From: Candidatus Pacebacteria bacterium UBA6180
GTDB taxonomy: Bacteria > Patescibacteriota > Microgenomatia > UBA1400 > PJMF01
DNA: 64,000 nt
Reading direction: 5' to 3'
Assembly (NCBI GenBank): GCA_002422165.1
Contig: DITQ01000002.1
Coordinates: 13,174 to 77,173 of the forward strand
In this document: piece after piece, positions 9,004-18,690 of the stretch
Layout: each line of letters begins with the position of its first letter
How positions within the stretch are numbered: position 1 is the stretch's first letter
Made by a program: the position numbers and the translations under genes
The notes under the pieces: model-generated
The model's input: the letters and a program-made list of their open reading frames with translations, nothing else
What the model was told of the DNA's origin: nothing
The model's database searches: none

Positions 9004-11196
9004 ATGATCACTGCGAAAGTTGCCGCTAACCAGCTGCCCAAGAAAAAAATGAAATTCATCGATCGAAAATTGACCAAGGGTTTGGGTGAAGCGGTGGCTA
9101 AGCGCACAATTTTGCGCACTAAGGCCAATGGCCATTTAGAAACTTGGGCGGATGTGGCGCACCGCGTGGCTTTAGGCAACTCGTCTCTCTTGCCGGACAA
9201 ATTCAAAAAAGATCGCCAAACTGAATATGAGCTGCTGCGCAAACACATCTCCAACGCTTCACTGCTAATGAGCGGTCGCCATCTCCAGCATGGTGACGAG
9301 ACTCAGCCAGGTCGCAACATGGAGGTTTTTACTAACTGTAGCACCGCCTCTTCGTCATTTTTACTCTTTTACTTGCTACTCAATGGTTCAGGCGTCGGTC
9401 GAGCTTATGATGATGCTCTGATGGTCGTTGATTGGGACCGAATGCCGATCGTTCGTTGTGTGCTTAGTGACACTCATCCAGATTTCGTCTGGGGAGATGA
9501 TGAGAGCACCAGAGAAGCTCGCCACAAGTACAATAATGCCCACTGGTTCGAGATTCCCGACACTCGCGAGGGTTGGGCACAGGCGGTCGAAAAGATCGAG
9601 GTCATGGCCTACGAGCGTAAGTTCAAGGATGACACGCTCATTTTGGATTTCAGCAAAGTGCGCCCCAAAGGTTCACCGATCGCTGGCATGCAGGACAGAC
9701 CAGCTTCTGGACCAAGGCCACTGATCAAGGCGATTCAGAAACTTGCTACCATCAAAGGTTCTGGCATGCGCCCTTGGAAACAAGCGCTTTATGCTGATCA
9801 CTATTTATCCGAATGTGTGTTGGTTGGAGGTGCTCGTCGCGCTGCCCGCATTGCAGTTAAAGTTTGGACTGATCCAGATATTTTTGACTTCATTAGTATT
9901 AAGAAAGGCGGCTTCCTCTGGTCAGCTAACAACAGCGTGGCTGTCGATGAGAAGTTTTGGAAACAACGCAGTCAGCATTCAATCAAAGTTCTAGATGCGG
10001 TGATGCGTGCTTCCTACTTCGATAAAACTGGCGAACCAGGGTTCGTCAATCAGCATAAGTTGGTCCAAAATGATGATGGATTTGACGGTTACTTGGATGG
10101 TGGCTATGCTCGCAGCAAGAAATTTATTCCCATGAAGAAGACAGTCAAGATGCTAGCTGAGGTCGCCCGTCATGCAGGGGCGAAGTACTACACCCAAATT
10201 CCAAACCCTTGTGGTGAGATCACTCTCAACATGCTTGGTGGTTACTGCGTGATTGCCGATGTGGTGCCTTACCATGCTCCAGATGTTGAAGCGGCTGAAG
10301 AATCTTTCCGAGTGGCCACTCGCGCTTTGATGAGAGTTAACACCTATATGGATAGTTTGTATTCTCGCGAAGTCAAACGCACCAACCGCATTGGTGTCGG
10401 CATGACGGGGATTCACGAATATGCTTGGAACGCTTTTGGTTTAGCTTTCCGTGATTTAATCAACGAAGACAAGGCCAAGGACTTTTGGATGACCATTGCT
10501 CGTTTCAAGCGGGCAGTAGAAGATGAGTCGATTAGTTATGCTAAGAAATTAGGCGTCAACGTGCCACACACCAATACCACTATCAAGCCAGCCGGCACTA
10601 CTTCCAAGCTTTTTAGCTTGTCAGAGGGAGCTCATTTGCCAGCTATGCGCGAATATATTCGCTGGGTTCAGTTCAGCACTGATGATCCGCTAGTCAAAAA
10701 ATATCAGAAGATGGGCTATCCCAACAAACAGCTCAAAAGCTACCAAGGGACGACAGTGATCGGCTTTCCCACCCAGCCAGAGATTTGTAGTCTGGGCATG
10801 AATAGTCACCTGGTGACGGCTAGCGAAGCCACTCCCGAAGAACAGTACAAATGGCTGATGTTGATCGAAAAGTACTGGATCGTCGGTGTCGATGAAGATG
10901 GCAAGCCGCTAAGCGAAGACAAAGGTAACCAGGTGTCTTACACTCTCAAGTATGATCCGGACAAAGTTTCGTACCGCAAGTTCTCTAGTATGATTCGCAA
11001 ATATCAACCGCTGATCAAAACTTGCTCAGTCATGCCGCGCATCGACGTCACAGCTTACGAGTATCAGCCTGAGGAGGCAGTTACTATAGGTCAGTTCATG
11101 CAGGTCATCAAAGAAATCACCGATGACGAGCTAGAAGTGACTGAGGACATTAACTTGGAGCAGCTGAAGTGTGACACAGGGGCTTGCCCGATATAG
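9004..11196 (+). CDS. nrdJ: class II (AdoCbl-dependent) ribonucleotide reductase, monomeric RTPR-like
   Basis: FTNC, NPCGEI, RIGVGMTG, TIKPAGT, C-terminal CDTGACPI; no R2 or activase gene adjacent. Confidence 0.88.
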   Translation: MITAKVAANQLPKKKMKFIDRKLTKGLGEAVAKRTILRTKANGHLETWADVAHRVALGNSSLLPDKFKKDRQTEYELLRKHISNASLLMSGRHLQHGDETQPGRNMEVFTNCSTASSSFLLFYLLLNGSGVGRAYDDALMVVDWDRMPIVRCVLSDTHPDFVWGDDESTREARHKYNNAHWFEIPDTREGWAQAVEKIEVMAYERKFKDDTLILDFSKVRPKGSPIAGMQDRPASGPRPLIKAIQKLATIKGSGMRPWKQALYADHYLSECVLVGGARRAARIAVKVWTDPDIFDFISIKKGGFLWSANNSVAVDEKFWKQRSQHSIKVLDAVMRASYFDKTGEPGFVNQHKLVQNDDGFDGYLDGGYARSKKFIPMKKTVKMLAEVARHAGAKYYTQIPNPCGEITLNMLGGYCVIADVVPYHAPDVEAAEESFRVATRALMRVNTYMDSLYSREVKRTNRIGVGMTGIHEYAWNAFGLAFRDLINEDKAKDFWMTIARFKRAVEDESISYAKKLGVNVPHTNTTIKPAGTTSKLFSLSEGAHLPAMREYIRWVQFSTDDPLVKKYQKMGYPNKQLKSYQGTTVIGFPTQPEICSLGMNSHLVTASEATPEEQYKWLMLIEKYWIVGVDEDGKPLSEDKGNQVSYTLKYDPDKVSYRKFSSMIRKYQPLIKTCSVMPRIDVTAYEYQPEEAVTIGQFMQVIKEITDDELEVTEDINLEQLKCDTGACPI

Positions 11197-11210
11197 TATA
11201 ATTATGCACT

Positions 11211-11573
11211 ATGGTGCAATCGGTAGAGGCAACTACAAAACAGATGAGTCATGAACTAATGGCTTATGTTATTAAAAAAGAGTTAACTGATAAATTTGGC
11301 AGTATTGGAGGAGCTTCTGCCGCTAATTCTATGGCTCGTGCATTAGAGCTATATATAAGTGCTCGTACATTAGAGAGGCAATTGGCTGATGTACCTGAAG
11401 ATGAACGCCCAGATCCTTCTGGGAAAAAATCTAAAGCCGAATTGCTAAAAGAGCTAAAAGCTGGCATTGTTGAAACAGGTTACGACTTTAATGGTTTAAA
11501 TAAAAAATTTGGACAGTACATTGACGGTGACTTGACAAAAATTGGCAGAATTATTTCTGGCATAGCCGAATAA
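11211..11573 (+). CDS. hypothetical protein (AT-rich orphan)
   Basis: 120-aa ORF filling the gap, TATAAT 8 nt before the ATG. Confidence 0.65.
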   Translation: MVQSVEATTKQMSHELMAYVIKKELTDKFGSIGGASAANSMARALELYISARTLERQLADVPEDERPDPSGKKSKAELLKELKAGIVETGYDFNGLNKKFGQYIDGDLTKIGRIISGIAE

Positions 11574-11606
11574 TATTTTCTCAATTCATGCTAAAATAGC
11601 CTTGAC

Positions 11607-14063
11607 ATGGCAGTCAAGAAAAATTCTTCTAGTCCCAAAAAAATTCGAGGCAAACTGCAAAAAAATGTTTTGGTCGCTACCAAAGTTACTAAAGAAGCGC
11701 CAAAATTTAAGCGCGGTCGGCCCAAGTTGCCACTAAGAATTAGATTGGCTCGCAGCTTCAAAAAAAAATTAACTAAGCTTCATAAAAAATCCAAAAAAAC
11801 ACAAAAAAAATGGCTAGAGCAATATTTTATTCTCTTGCGAGTGTTGCAGATTAAGAGAGGGCGAGGTCGACCGACTTTGCCAGCTACAACTAAACTGAAG
11901 CGTTTTTTTTCTGCCGTCAGCAGTAGCGTCAGCAAAAGCAAACAAAAATTTAACCGTCGCCGATTGTCAGCGGCGCTGTTTCTGCAACGTTTCTTCCGCT
12001 TGCGCAGGAAAGTTGGCCGGCCCAAGAAAAAAGGTTCGTGGTTACCTTTGGCAAGCTCCTTACTTTTCACCATTTTATTTTTGGCTTTTGCTTATTTGGT
12101 TTACGATGTTGGCATCAAAGATCTACCACAAGCCACTGATTTGTCTAGCAAGGCCCAAAACGTCACCACTCGCATTTTGGACCGCAATGGCAAACTTTTG
12201 TTTCGCATCTATGAAGACGAAAATCGCACCCTCATTCCGCTAGCTGAGGTTTCCACCTACCTGCGGGATGCGACCGTCGCCATCGAAGACCAAAATTTTT
12301 ATAAACACCACGGCTTTTCCTTGCGGGGGATTTTTCGCGCTGCCTGGAAGAATTTCTCTAACCAAACTGTTCAGGGCGGCTCAACCATCACTCAGCAGTT
12401 AGTCAAAAATCGCTTACTTAACAATGAAAAAACCTACCGTCGCAAATTACGCGAGTTGCTCCTATCGCTTCTAGTGGAGCGTATTTACACAAAAGAGCAA
12501 ATTTTGGAAATGTACCTTAACACCGTCGCTTACGGTGGTTCGACTTACGGTATCGAAGAAACATCTTGGCGTTATTTCAATAAATCAGCCAGCGATCTGA
12601 GCCTAGCAGAAGCAGCCTTAATTGCTGGCTTGCCACAAGCGCCCTCGACCTACACGCCTTTTGGTGCTAATCCAGAATTAGCTTACGCACGTCAGGCAGA
12701 AGTTCTGCGCCGCATGGTGGAAGATGGCTATATCAGTCAGCTCCAGGCTGATCAAGCCAAGCAAGAGAAGTTGATTTTCAACCAAGATCGCATCGACATC
12801 CAAGCTCCCCACTTCGTCATGTACGTGCGCAAAATTTTAGCTGAGCGCTACGGTGAAGATGTCCTCGCTAAGGGCGGCCTGGAAGTGCGGACCACTCTGG
12901 ACCTAGATTTGCAAAACTTGGCTCAGGAAATTGTCAGTACTGAAATCGCCAAGCTTGCTAACTTCAAAATCACTAATGGTGCAGCCTTGGTAACCAATCC
13001 TAAAACGGGAGAAATTCTTGCCATGGTCGGTGGAGCCAATTATTTCGATTTTGCCCATGATGGTCAGGTTAACGTTACCACTCGACCACGCCAACCAGGT
13101 TCGTCAATCAAGCCGTTGACTTACGCTTTGGCTCTAGAGCGGGGCAAAACAACTGCTTCAGTTATTGACGATTCGCCAGTGGTTTACCAGATTGCTGGCA
13201 GCAAACCCTATGCTCCAGTGAATTATGATGGGCGTTTCCGTGGATCCGTGACTTTGCGTGAGGCTTTGGCTTCATCCTACAATATTCCCGCGGTCAAACT
13301 GCTCGCCGAACTGGGAGTTAACGATCTTATCGATCAAGGTGAAGCAATGGGTATTACCACTTGGCAAGATCGGCGCCGCTTCGGTTTATCCCTGACTCTA
13401 GGTGGCGGCGAGGTTTTGATGACTGACATGGCCAAGCTTTACAGCACTTTTGCCAATTTAGGCTATCCAGTCGGCGTCAATCCTTTTTTGGAAGTAACTA
13501 ATTACAAAGGGGAAGTGCTTTATCGCAATCACTGTGCTCTCGATCAAACTAATTGTTACGAGGAGCCAGCACTCAGTCCAAAGACTGCTTATCTAATCAC
13601 TGATATCCTAGCTGACAATCGCGCCCGCACGCCGGCTTTTGGGGCTTTTTCTGTCCTTAATATTCCAGGGCAAGAGGTAGCGGTCAAAACTGGCACTACT
13701 AACAGTATGAAAGACAATTGGACGATTGGTTACACTACTAACCGTTTGGTTGCTACTTGGGTTGGAAATAACGATAACACGCCGATGAGTTACGTTGCTT
13801 CTGGTATTACTGGTGCTTCTCCAATTTGGAACAAAATTATGCTATCCATGTTAGACGCTGATAACCCACACCTGTTTACGGTGCCAGCCAACATGATTAA
13901 GGTTAAGATCTGTGCCACAACGGGGACCTTGCCTTGCAGTGATTGTCCAAGTGTGGTCGAAGAATTGTTTGTAGAGGGGACAGAGCCGACTAAGGCTTGC
14001 AGTGAGGTTAATTTTGTGCCCCTCCCTGATACGGCCGAACCAAGGAGAGGGCAAGTTTTGTAG
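11607..14063 (+). CDS. class A penicillin-binding protein with long basic N-terminal tail
   Basis: EDQNFYKHHG, GGSTITQQL, SSIK, SYN, KTGT; ~145-aa Lys/Arg-rich N-terminus with three GRP motifs. Confidence 0.95.
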   Translation: MAVKKNSSSPKKIRGKLQKNVLVATKVTKEAPKFKRGRPKLPLRIRLARSFKKKLTKLHKKSKKTQKKWLEQYFILLRVLQIKRGRGRPTLPATTKLKRFFSAVSSSVSKSKQKFNRRRLSAALFLQRFFRLRRKVGRPKKKGSWLPLASSLLFTILFLAFAYLVYDVGIKDLPQATDLSSKAQNVTTRILDRNGKLLFRIYEDENRTLIPLAEVSTYLRDATVAIEDQNFYKHHGFSLRGIFRAAWKNFSNQTVQGGSTITQQLVKNRLLNNEKTYRRKLRELLLSLLVERIYTKEQILEMYLNTVAYGGSTYGIEETSWRYFNKSASDLSLAEAALIAGLPQAPSTYTPFGANPELAYARQAEVLRRMVEDGYISQLQADQAKQEKLIFNQDRIDIQAPHFVMYVRKILAERYGEDVLAKGGLEVRTTLDLDLQNLAQEIVSTEIAKLANFKITNGAALVTNPKTGEILAMVGGANYFDFAHDGQVNVTTRPRQPGSSIKPLTYALALERGKTTASVIDDSPVVYQIAGSKPYAPVNYDGRFRGSVTLREALASSYNIPAVKLLAELGVNDLIDQGEAMGITTWQDRRRFGLSLTLGGGEVLMTDMAKLYSTFANLGYPVGVNPFLEVTNYKGEVLYRNHCALDQTNCYEEPALSPKTAYLITDILADNRARTPAFGAFSVLNIPGQEVAVKTGTTNSMKDNWTIGYTTNRLVATWVGNNDNTPMSYVASGITGASPIWNKIMLSMLDADNPHLFTVPANMIKVKICATTGTLPCSDCPSVVEELFVEGTEPTKACSEVNFVPLPDTAEPRRGQVL

Positions 14064-14109
14064 ATTAAATAATGATGCGTTTTGACATATTTATTGTAGA
14101 ATATCTAGC

Positions 14110-14970
14110 ATGTCAAAAGAATCTTTAGAAGGATGGAGACGTTTTAATGTAAATGAAAGCTCACTTTCAGCCAGAGTTATGCATAGAGTTGTAGCTATGG
14201 TGCATCCTGACAGATATCCACAATTCCAGCGACTAATGCTTCTAATGCGAGCTATAGACAACCTCGTTGACGAAGGCAATAGTTTTGAAGAAGCAAAAAA
14301 ACTAATTAAAGAACAATGGATAGCGTTGAGTAAAATGTCGAAATTCGAAAATTTGTCTTCCGACCTTAGTTTTTTAGGAACAGAACTTAATGCCTTGGTA
14401 AATGGGATTCACGACAAAGATTTAAAATTGAATTTTATAAAGCACTACCAAAAATTACTTTTTTATTACTATCTAGATTTGCTTCATCGGAAACACGCTA
14501 AACCTTATAGAGAGGATCGTTTAACTAAGCACAGGGAAGGAGGCTTTTACCACCTTTTTGGTGCTATCAAAATTCTCTTGCGAGATAGTGACTTGGAGAA
14601 GTCGAACTTTAAGGATTTAATGGATGCATGGGCAGAAGCGGAGCCACTAGATGATATAGAGGAAGATTTGCCCGTTGGACTAGTTCTGTACAGCCCTAAA
14701 GATGGGGCTGATTGGGTAAAAAATCTTAAAAAACATGAAGCAGTAAATATTAAGGAGATTGATGCATTCGTCAGGAAAATTCGTTGGCAATTGTCAAGAG
14801 GATTGTTGAATAGTTTTATGGCTGGTTACCAAGAATTTGGTGGGATAGTAGGTTTACTTATGTCACTTGATTTTGCAAAAAGAGGAGTATTTCTTCTTAC
14901 AAAAAGATTCCAGCCAAAAGAAGAAGTTGTTTTTGCTAGTAAAAGTTTTAGCAATAATCTAGAAAATTAG
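14110..14970 (+). CDS. putative isoprenoid-synthase-fold (squalene/phytoene synthase-like) protein
   Basis: RAIDNLVDE and LDDIEEDL Asp-rich motifs in a helical protein; AT-rich. Confidence 0.5.
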   Translation: MSKESLEGWRRFNVNESSLSARVMHRVVAMVHPDRYPQFQRLMLLMRAIDNLVDEGNSFEEAKKLIKEQWIALSKMSKFENLSSDLSFLGTELNALVNGIHDKDLKLNFIKHYQKLLFYYYLDLLHRKHAKPYREDRLTKHREGGFYHLFGAIKILLRDSDLEKSNFKDLMDAWAEAEPLDDIEEDLPVGLVLYSPKDGADWVKNLKKHEAVNIKEIDAFVRKIRWQLSRGLLNSFMAGYQEFGGIVGLLMSLDFAKRGVFLLTKRFQPKEEVVFASKSFSNNLEN

Positions 14971-15162
14971 TTTTATAATCCAGCCAATCAGCAACACTAT
15001 AACTAGCAACACCGGTGCCACCCAGCGCTGAGTTAGCTCCTCTTTTTCCGTTTTTCGCTGGCGCTTTTTGGCCTGTTTAGCTAAGTAGGCCTGCTCGATC
15101 TTGTCAGTTTTTTTGGCGACATCACGAATTAGCTCAGGATCGGTTTGATAAGTTGGTTTCAT
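14959..15162 (-). CDS. small membrane protein
   Basis: Charged N-terminus plus C-terminal TM; co-oriented directly after cmk. Confidence 0.65.
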   Translation of the reverse strand: MKPTYQTDPELIRDVAKKTDKIEQAYLAKQAKKRQRKTEKEELTQRWVAPVLLVIVLLIGWIIKLIF

Positions 15163-15167
15163 TTTTG

Positions 15168-15860
15168 CTAGTGAACTTTTTTGACTTTGGCCGCGATTAG
15201 CTCCACTACTTCTTCAATGTCTAAGTTGCTGGTGTCAAGCACCCAAGCATCCTTAGCAACGTGCAAGGGATCAGCGTCGCGCTTGGTGTCGCGCTCGTCG
15301 CGTTCTTTGATCTCAGCGATGACCTCTTCCAAGCTGATGTCGACACCTTTGCCCAAATACTGGGCGTGTCTTCGCTCTGCGCGGCTCTCCACACTAGCAG
15401 TTAGGAAAATCTTGATTTGTGCCTCAGGAAGGACGCGAAAAGTGATGTCGCGGCCCTCCATGACTACATTTTGACTGGCCGCGATTTTTTGCTGTTTCTG
15501 CACAAGCACTCGGCGCAGTTTGGGTAGCACGGCGACTTTGGAAGCGCCTTCGCTGCACTTTTGGGTGCGGATGGCCCAGGAGACATCCTCTCCGTCGAGA
15601 ATAACTGTGGTTAAGCGGCCATCAGTTTCCTTAGGAGGTTTTGGATTACGCATTTGTAGCTCGCTTTTTTCAAGTAGGGCGACGACCTGATCTTCATCAC
15701 CCAGTTTAACTTTGGCGCGAATGGCCAAAAGGGCTGTGGCGCGATACATGGCGCCAGTGTCGACGTAAAGAAAACCCAATTTCTGTGCCAAGAGGCGAGA
15801 AACAGTGCCTTTGCCAGCGGCTACAGGGCCATCGATGGCAATTTGAAAAGATTGGTGCAT
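15168..15860 (-). CDS. cmk: cytidylate kinase (bacterial type)
   Basis: IAIDGPVAAGKGT, DTGAMYR, VMEGRDI, KIFLTAS, ERDERD. Confidence 0.96.
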   Translation of the reverse strand: MHQSFQIAIDGPVAAGKGTVSRLLAQKLGFLYVDTGAMYRATALLAIRAKVKLGDEDQVVALLEKSELQMRNPKPPKETDGRLTTVILDGEDVSWAIRTQKCSEGASKVAVLPKLRRVLVQKQQKIAASQNVVMEGRDITFRVLPEAQIKIFLTASVESRAERRHAQYLGKGVDISLEEVIAEIKERDERDTKRDADPLHVAKDAWVLDTSNLDIEEVVELIAAKVKKVH

Positions 15861-15863
15861 GCC

Positions 15864-16103
15864 TTATTTTTTTCTAGATTTAGCTTTGGCAGGCTTTTTG
15901 CTTGAGGATTTCTTGGTGCTTGATTTCTTGGGGGTGATCATCCACTCTTCTCGGTCAGAAGTGATGAGCCCACCAAGTCCAACGATCACCAGAATCAGGG
16001 GCCAGAGGTTCCAGAAAGCTCTAGGCAAGTAACCTAGGTTGGAAGCCATGAAAATGAGTCCCATAATTACCAAAGTGATTGGCCAAAAAGTGCGTTTGGG
16101 CAT
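15864..16103 (-). CDS. DUF5668/LiaF-TM-like small membrane protein
   Basis: Two TMs with LWPLILV, Lys/Ser-rich tail. Confidence 0.7.
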   Translation of the reverse strand: MPKRTFWPITLVIMGLIFMASNLGYLPRAFWNLWPLILVIVGLGGLITSDREEWMITPKKSSTKKSSSKKPAKAKSRKK

Positions 16104-16190
16104 ATCTATTATTAAAGCCTAATTTTAAACTGGAAGCAAGTGTATTTTTCCTTGAGTAAATTTGTTTTTTTATTATATGATATCTCCAAG

Positions 16191-16460
16191 ATGACGAAAT
16201 CTGCAAAAGAGTTGAAAGTTGCTGCTGAACGGGGAGCCGTCAGTACGATTGCTAGAGAAGCAAAAAAATCTAATCTTCCATGGGAGTTTTTCAAGCAGTT
16301 ACTTGTCAGGGCAATTGGCGTGCAGGCTCAATTGATAGACAGGCAAGTGACGTCTGACGGCAGCAATACTTCAGCTGTGCAAAAAATGGAAAGTCTTGCT
16401 GCGAAATTAACTTTTGGTGCAAATATAAAAAGATCAATTGACGAGTACCTAGAAGATTAA
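16191..16460 (+). CDS. hypothetical protein (orphan)
   Basis: ORF between divergent and convergent neighbours; ATG 16191 lies 9 nt after TATGAT. Confidence 0.55.
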   Translation: MTKSAKELKVAAERGAVSTIAREAKKSNLPWEFFKQLLVRAIGVQAQLIDRQVTSDGSNTSAVQKMESLAAKLTFGANIKRSIDEYLED

Positions 16461-16464
16461 TTTT

Positions 16465-16905
16465 CTATCTCAATTTACTAATTTTCGCCAACTCTCGTTT
16501 TAAATCTCTCTTCTTAATCACTTCACGTTTTTCGTATTCTTTCTTGCCTTTGCCTAGAGCCAACTCAAGCTTAATGCGGTTGTGAGAGATGAAAAAAGCC
16601 AAGGGGACGATAGCGAAGCCTTTCTGGCGACTTGCCTCGATGAGGGCTTCTACCTCACCTCTTTTGAGTAAAAGCTTGCGAGAGCGCTTGGGGTCATAAT
16701 TTTCTTGTTTGGCAAAAGAGTAGGCGTTGATTTGAGCGCCAAGCAGAAACAACTCGCCGCTGATTTCCTTGATGTGGCTGCCGTTTAAGCTAGCTTGCTG
16801 GAGGCGCAAGCTTTTGACTTCTGCTCCGGTCAAAACTACTCCAGCGACAAATTTTTTGCCGAGAGTGTATTCGAAGCTCGCTTTTTTGTTGAAAACCAGT
16901 GACAC
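16465..16905 (-). CDS. smpB: SsrA-binding protein
   Basis: NKKASFEY, AGVVLTGAEVKSLR, RSRKLLL, GKGKKEYEKR. Confidence 0.97.
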   Translation of the reverse strand: MSLVFNKKASFEYTLGKKFVAGVVLTGAEVKSLRLQQASLNGSHIKEISGELFLLGAQINAYSFAKQENYDPKRSRKLLLKRGEVEALIEASRQKGFAIVPLAFFISHNRIKLELALGKGKKEYEKREVIKKRDLKRELAKISKLR

Positions 16906-16909
16906 AAGC

Positions 16910-18685
16910 CTATTTTAACAGATCTATCTCATAAATCACGGAACCGCTCAGGGCATAGAGCTTTTGTCCATTTGCTTGGAAAGCCAGACTGGTCACCCCT
17001 GCTAGTTCGTTGCTTTTGATTTCGCTGATAAGTTGGCCTTCTTTGGTGAGCAGCAACAGGCGGCGCTGCTGTTTTTCTAGAGCTACTAGTTGGTTGTTAA
17101 CTTCATTTTGAGCTAGCAGCAAGCTGCTGCTGGGTAGACTGCTCAAGCCTGCGATTTGCCAATCAAGTTTGCTGCCGCGGCTGAATTTAAAAATTTGTCC
17201 GTTTTTGTCGCTTAGCCATAAGTCACCATCGATCAGCAGGTCGCTGATTTGGTCGAAACCAAGGCCTTGTTTGTCGATTAGCCAACCAATTGGTTCGCTT
17301 AGTTGACCTTTGTCGAAATGATAGCGATAAACATTTCTTTTTTCTGGGTTGAGCAGATAGAGGTAAGGGCCGAAGCTGGCGGCTAAATTGGCGGATTTGT
17401 CCGACTCTCCCTCTTCTTTGATGCGACTCCATTGACGCTCGTTGCTACTTAGGTCAAGCAGCCAAATTCCTTGACTAAGAACAAATAATTTGCCATCACT
17501 GATGGTGAAATCTCTGATCACGCCTCCTTCAGTCAGGCGCAAGTTTTCCTGACTTTGGTCAGCACTGAGCCATAAGATATCCTGCTGATTGTTTTCGAGG
17601 ATAAAAAGTCCTTCGCTACTGCTAATCATTTTTTGGCCTAGAAAGTCGCCGAGATTATAAGCAATCGCTAGTTGATCGAGGGAGTTTTCTGCGGAGATCG
17701 AAGAAATTAGTTTCTCTAGGGCAGCAATTTCTGCCTCAATGATTTGTAAACTGTCTTTGTTTTTGGTTTTTTCCTTGAGGGCTTGGAGTGCTTGGAGTTG
17801 TTGGTTAGCGCGCTCGCGGGCTTGCAGTGGTTGGCTAAGTAGCAATTGATTGAAGTCAGTGCTTGCGCCCTTGATTGCATTAACTTGCTCTTGTGCTGAA
17901 GCGGTAGCTTTGGCTTGCTGATAATTAACCAGCGAATTGATGCCGAGGATGAGCAAGCTGATTCCCAAAAGAATGCTGAGAATGGTCAAAATACGGCGTT
18001 TACCTTGTCTTTTGATGGCTAGATAGATTTTTTTTAGAATGTAACTGATTTTTTTCGCGAAACTGAGGGTTTTCTGGGCAATCTTCGACCAATTAATTTT
18101 TCTTTTGGTGGCGACAGTTTGTTCGGTTGTTTTCTCCACGTAGCTGACAAATACCAAGTTGTCACTTTGCAAGCCCTGCTTTTGACGTAATAAGGTCAGC
18201 TCACCCACTAACTTTTCCAGGCTAATATCGCTCTCTAGTAGACTACTCAGCGTGTTGACGGTTGGTGTTTGTAGCAAATTGCTGAGAATAATTTGGTCAC
18301 CCTCTTGCAATTTGCCGACGATCAGTTTGATTTCTCCTTGACTAGTCAAGATTTTTTTCGCTTGTCCACGGCGCTTAATAGTAACTTCACCAGCATAGGT
18401 GGCAAAGGTAATTTGCTCGCCCTGCAGATGACATAGAGCTAGTTCCAGGCTGAGATTTTTTTGGCGGACGTTGCTTAGTAAATCGAGTACGTGTTGGTGG
18501 AGCTGTTCGGGACTAGTGATCTGCCAGGTTTGACACTCTGTTTCCAGATCTTTAGCCTCACTTGTAGCGTTCTCGCCACGAAGGGTAAACAACATCGCCA
18601 GCTGGCGATCTTGACTGCGGATTGTTCCAGCACAGGCATCAAGGCGGGGTGGAGCCAGGATTGATATAGATTGAGCCTCTTGCAC
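16910..18685 (-). CDS. membrane protein: degenerate PP2C-like N-terminus, TM, coiled coil, beta-propeller
   Basis: GKLQEGDQIIL segment, central TM, repeated beta-strand blades (YLYLL, IDGDLWL, LYAL). Confidence 0.55.
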   Translation of the reverse strand: MQEAQSISILAPPRLDACAGTIRSQDRQLAMLFTLRGENATSEAKDLETECQTWQITSPEQLHQHVLDLLSNVRQKNLSLELALCHLQGEQITFATYAGEVTIKRRGQAKKILTSQGEIKLIVGKLQEGDQIILSNLLQTPTVNTLSSLLESDISLEKLVGELTLLRQKQGLQSDNLVFVSYVEKTTEQTVATKRKINWSKIAQKTLSFAKKISYILKKIYLAIKRQGKRRILTILSILLGISLLILGINSLVNYQQAKATASAQEQVNAIKGASTDFNQLLLSQPLQARERANQQLQALQALKEKTKNKDSLQIIEAEIAALEKLISSISAENSLDQLAIAYNLGDFLGQKMISSSEGLFILENNQQDILWLSADQSQENLRLTEGGVIRDFTISDGKLFVLSQGIWLLDLSSNERQWSRIKEEGESDKSANLAASFGPYLYLLNPEKRNVYRYHFDKGQLSEPIGWLIDKQGLGFDQISDLLIDGDLWLSDKNGQIFKFSRGSKLDWQIAGLSSLPSSSLLLAQNEVNNQLVALEKQQRRLLLLTKEGQLISEIKSNELAGVTSLAFQANGQKLYALSGSVIYEIDLLK

Positions 18686-18690
18686 TGAGT

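Noticed and set aside
16465-16905. tmRNA next to smpB
   Set aside because: No GGGG...TCCACCA tRNA-like ends, and no intergenic space of suitable size in the window.
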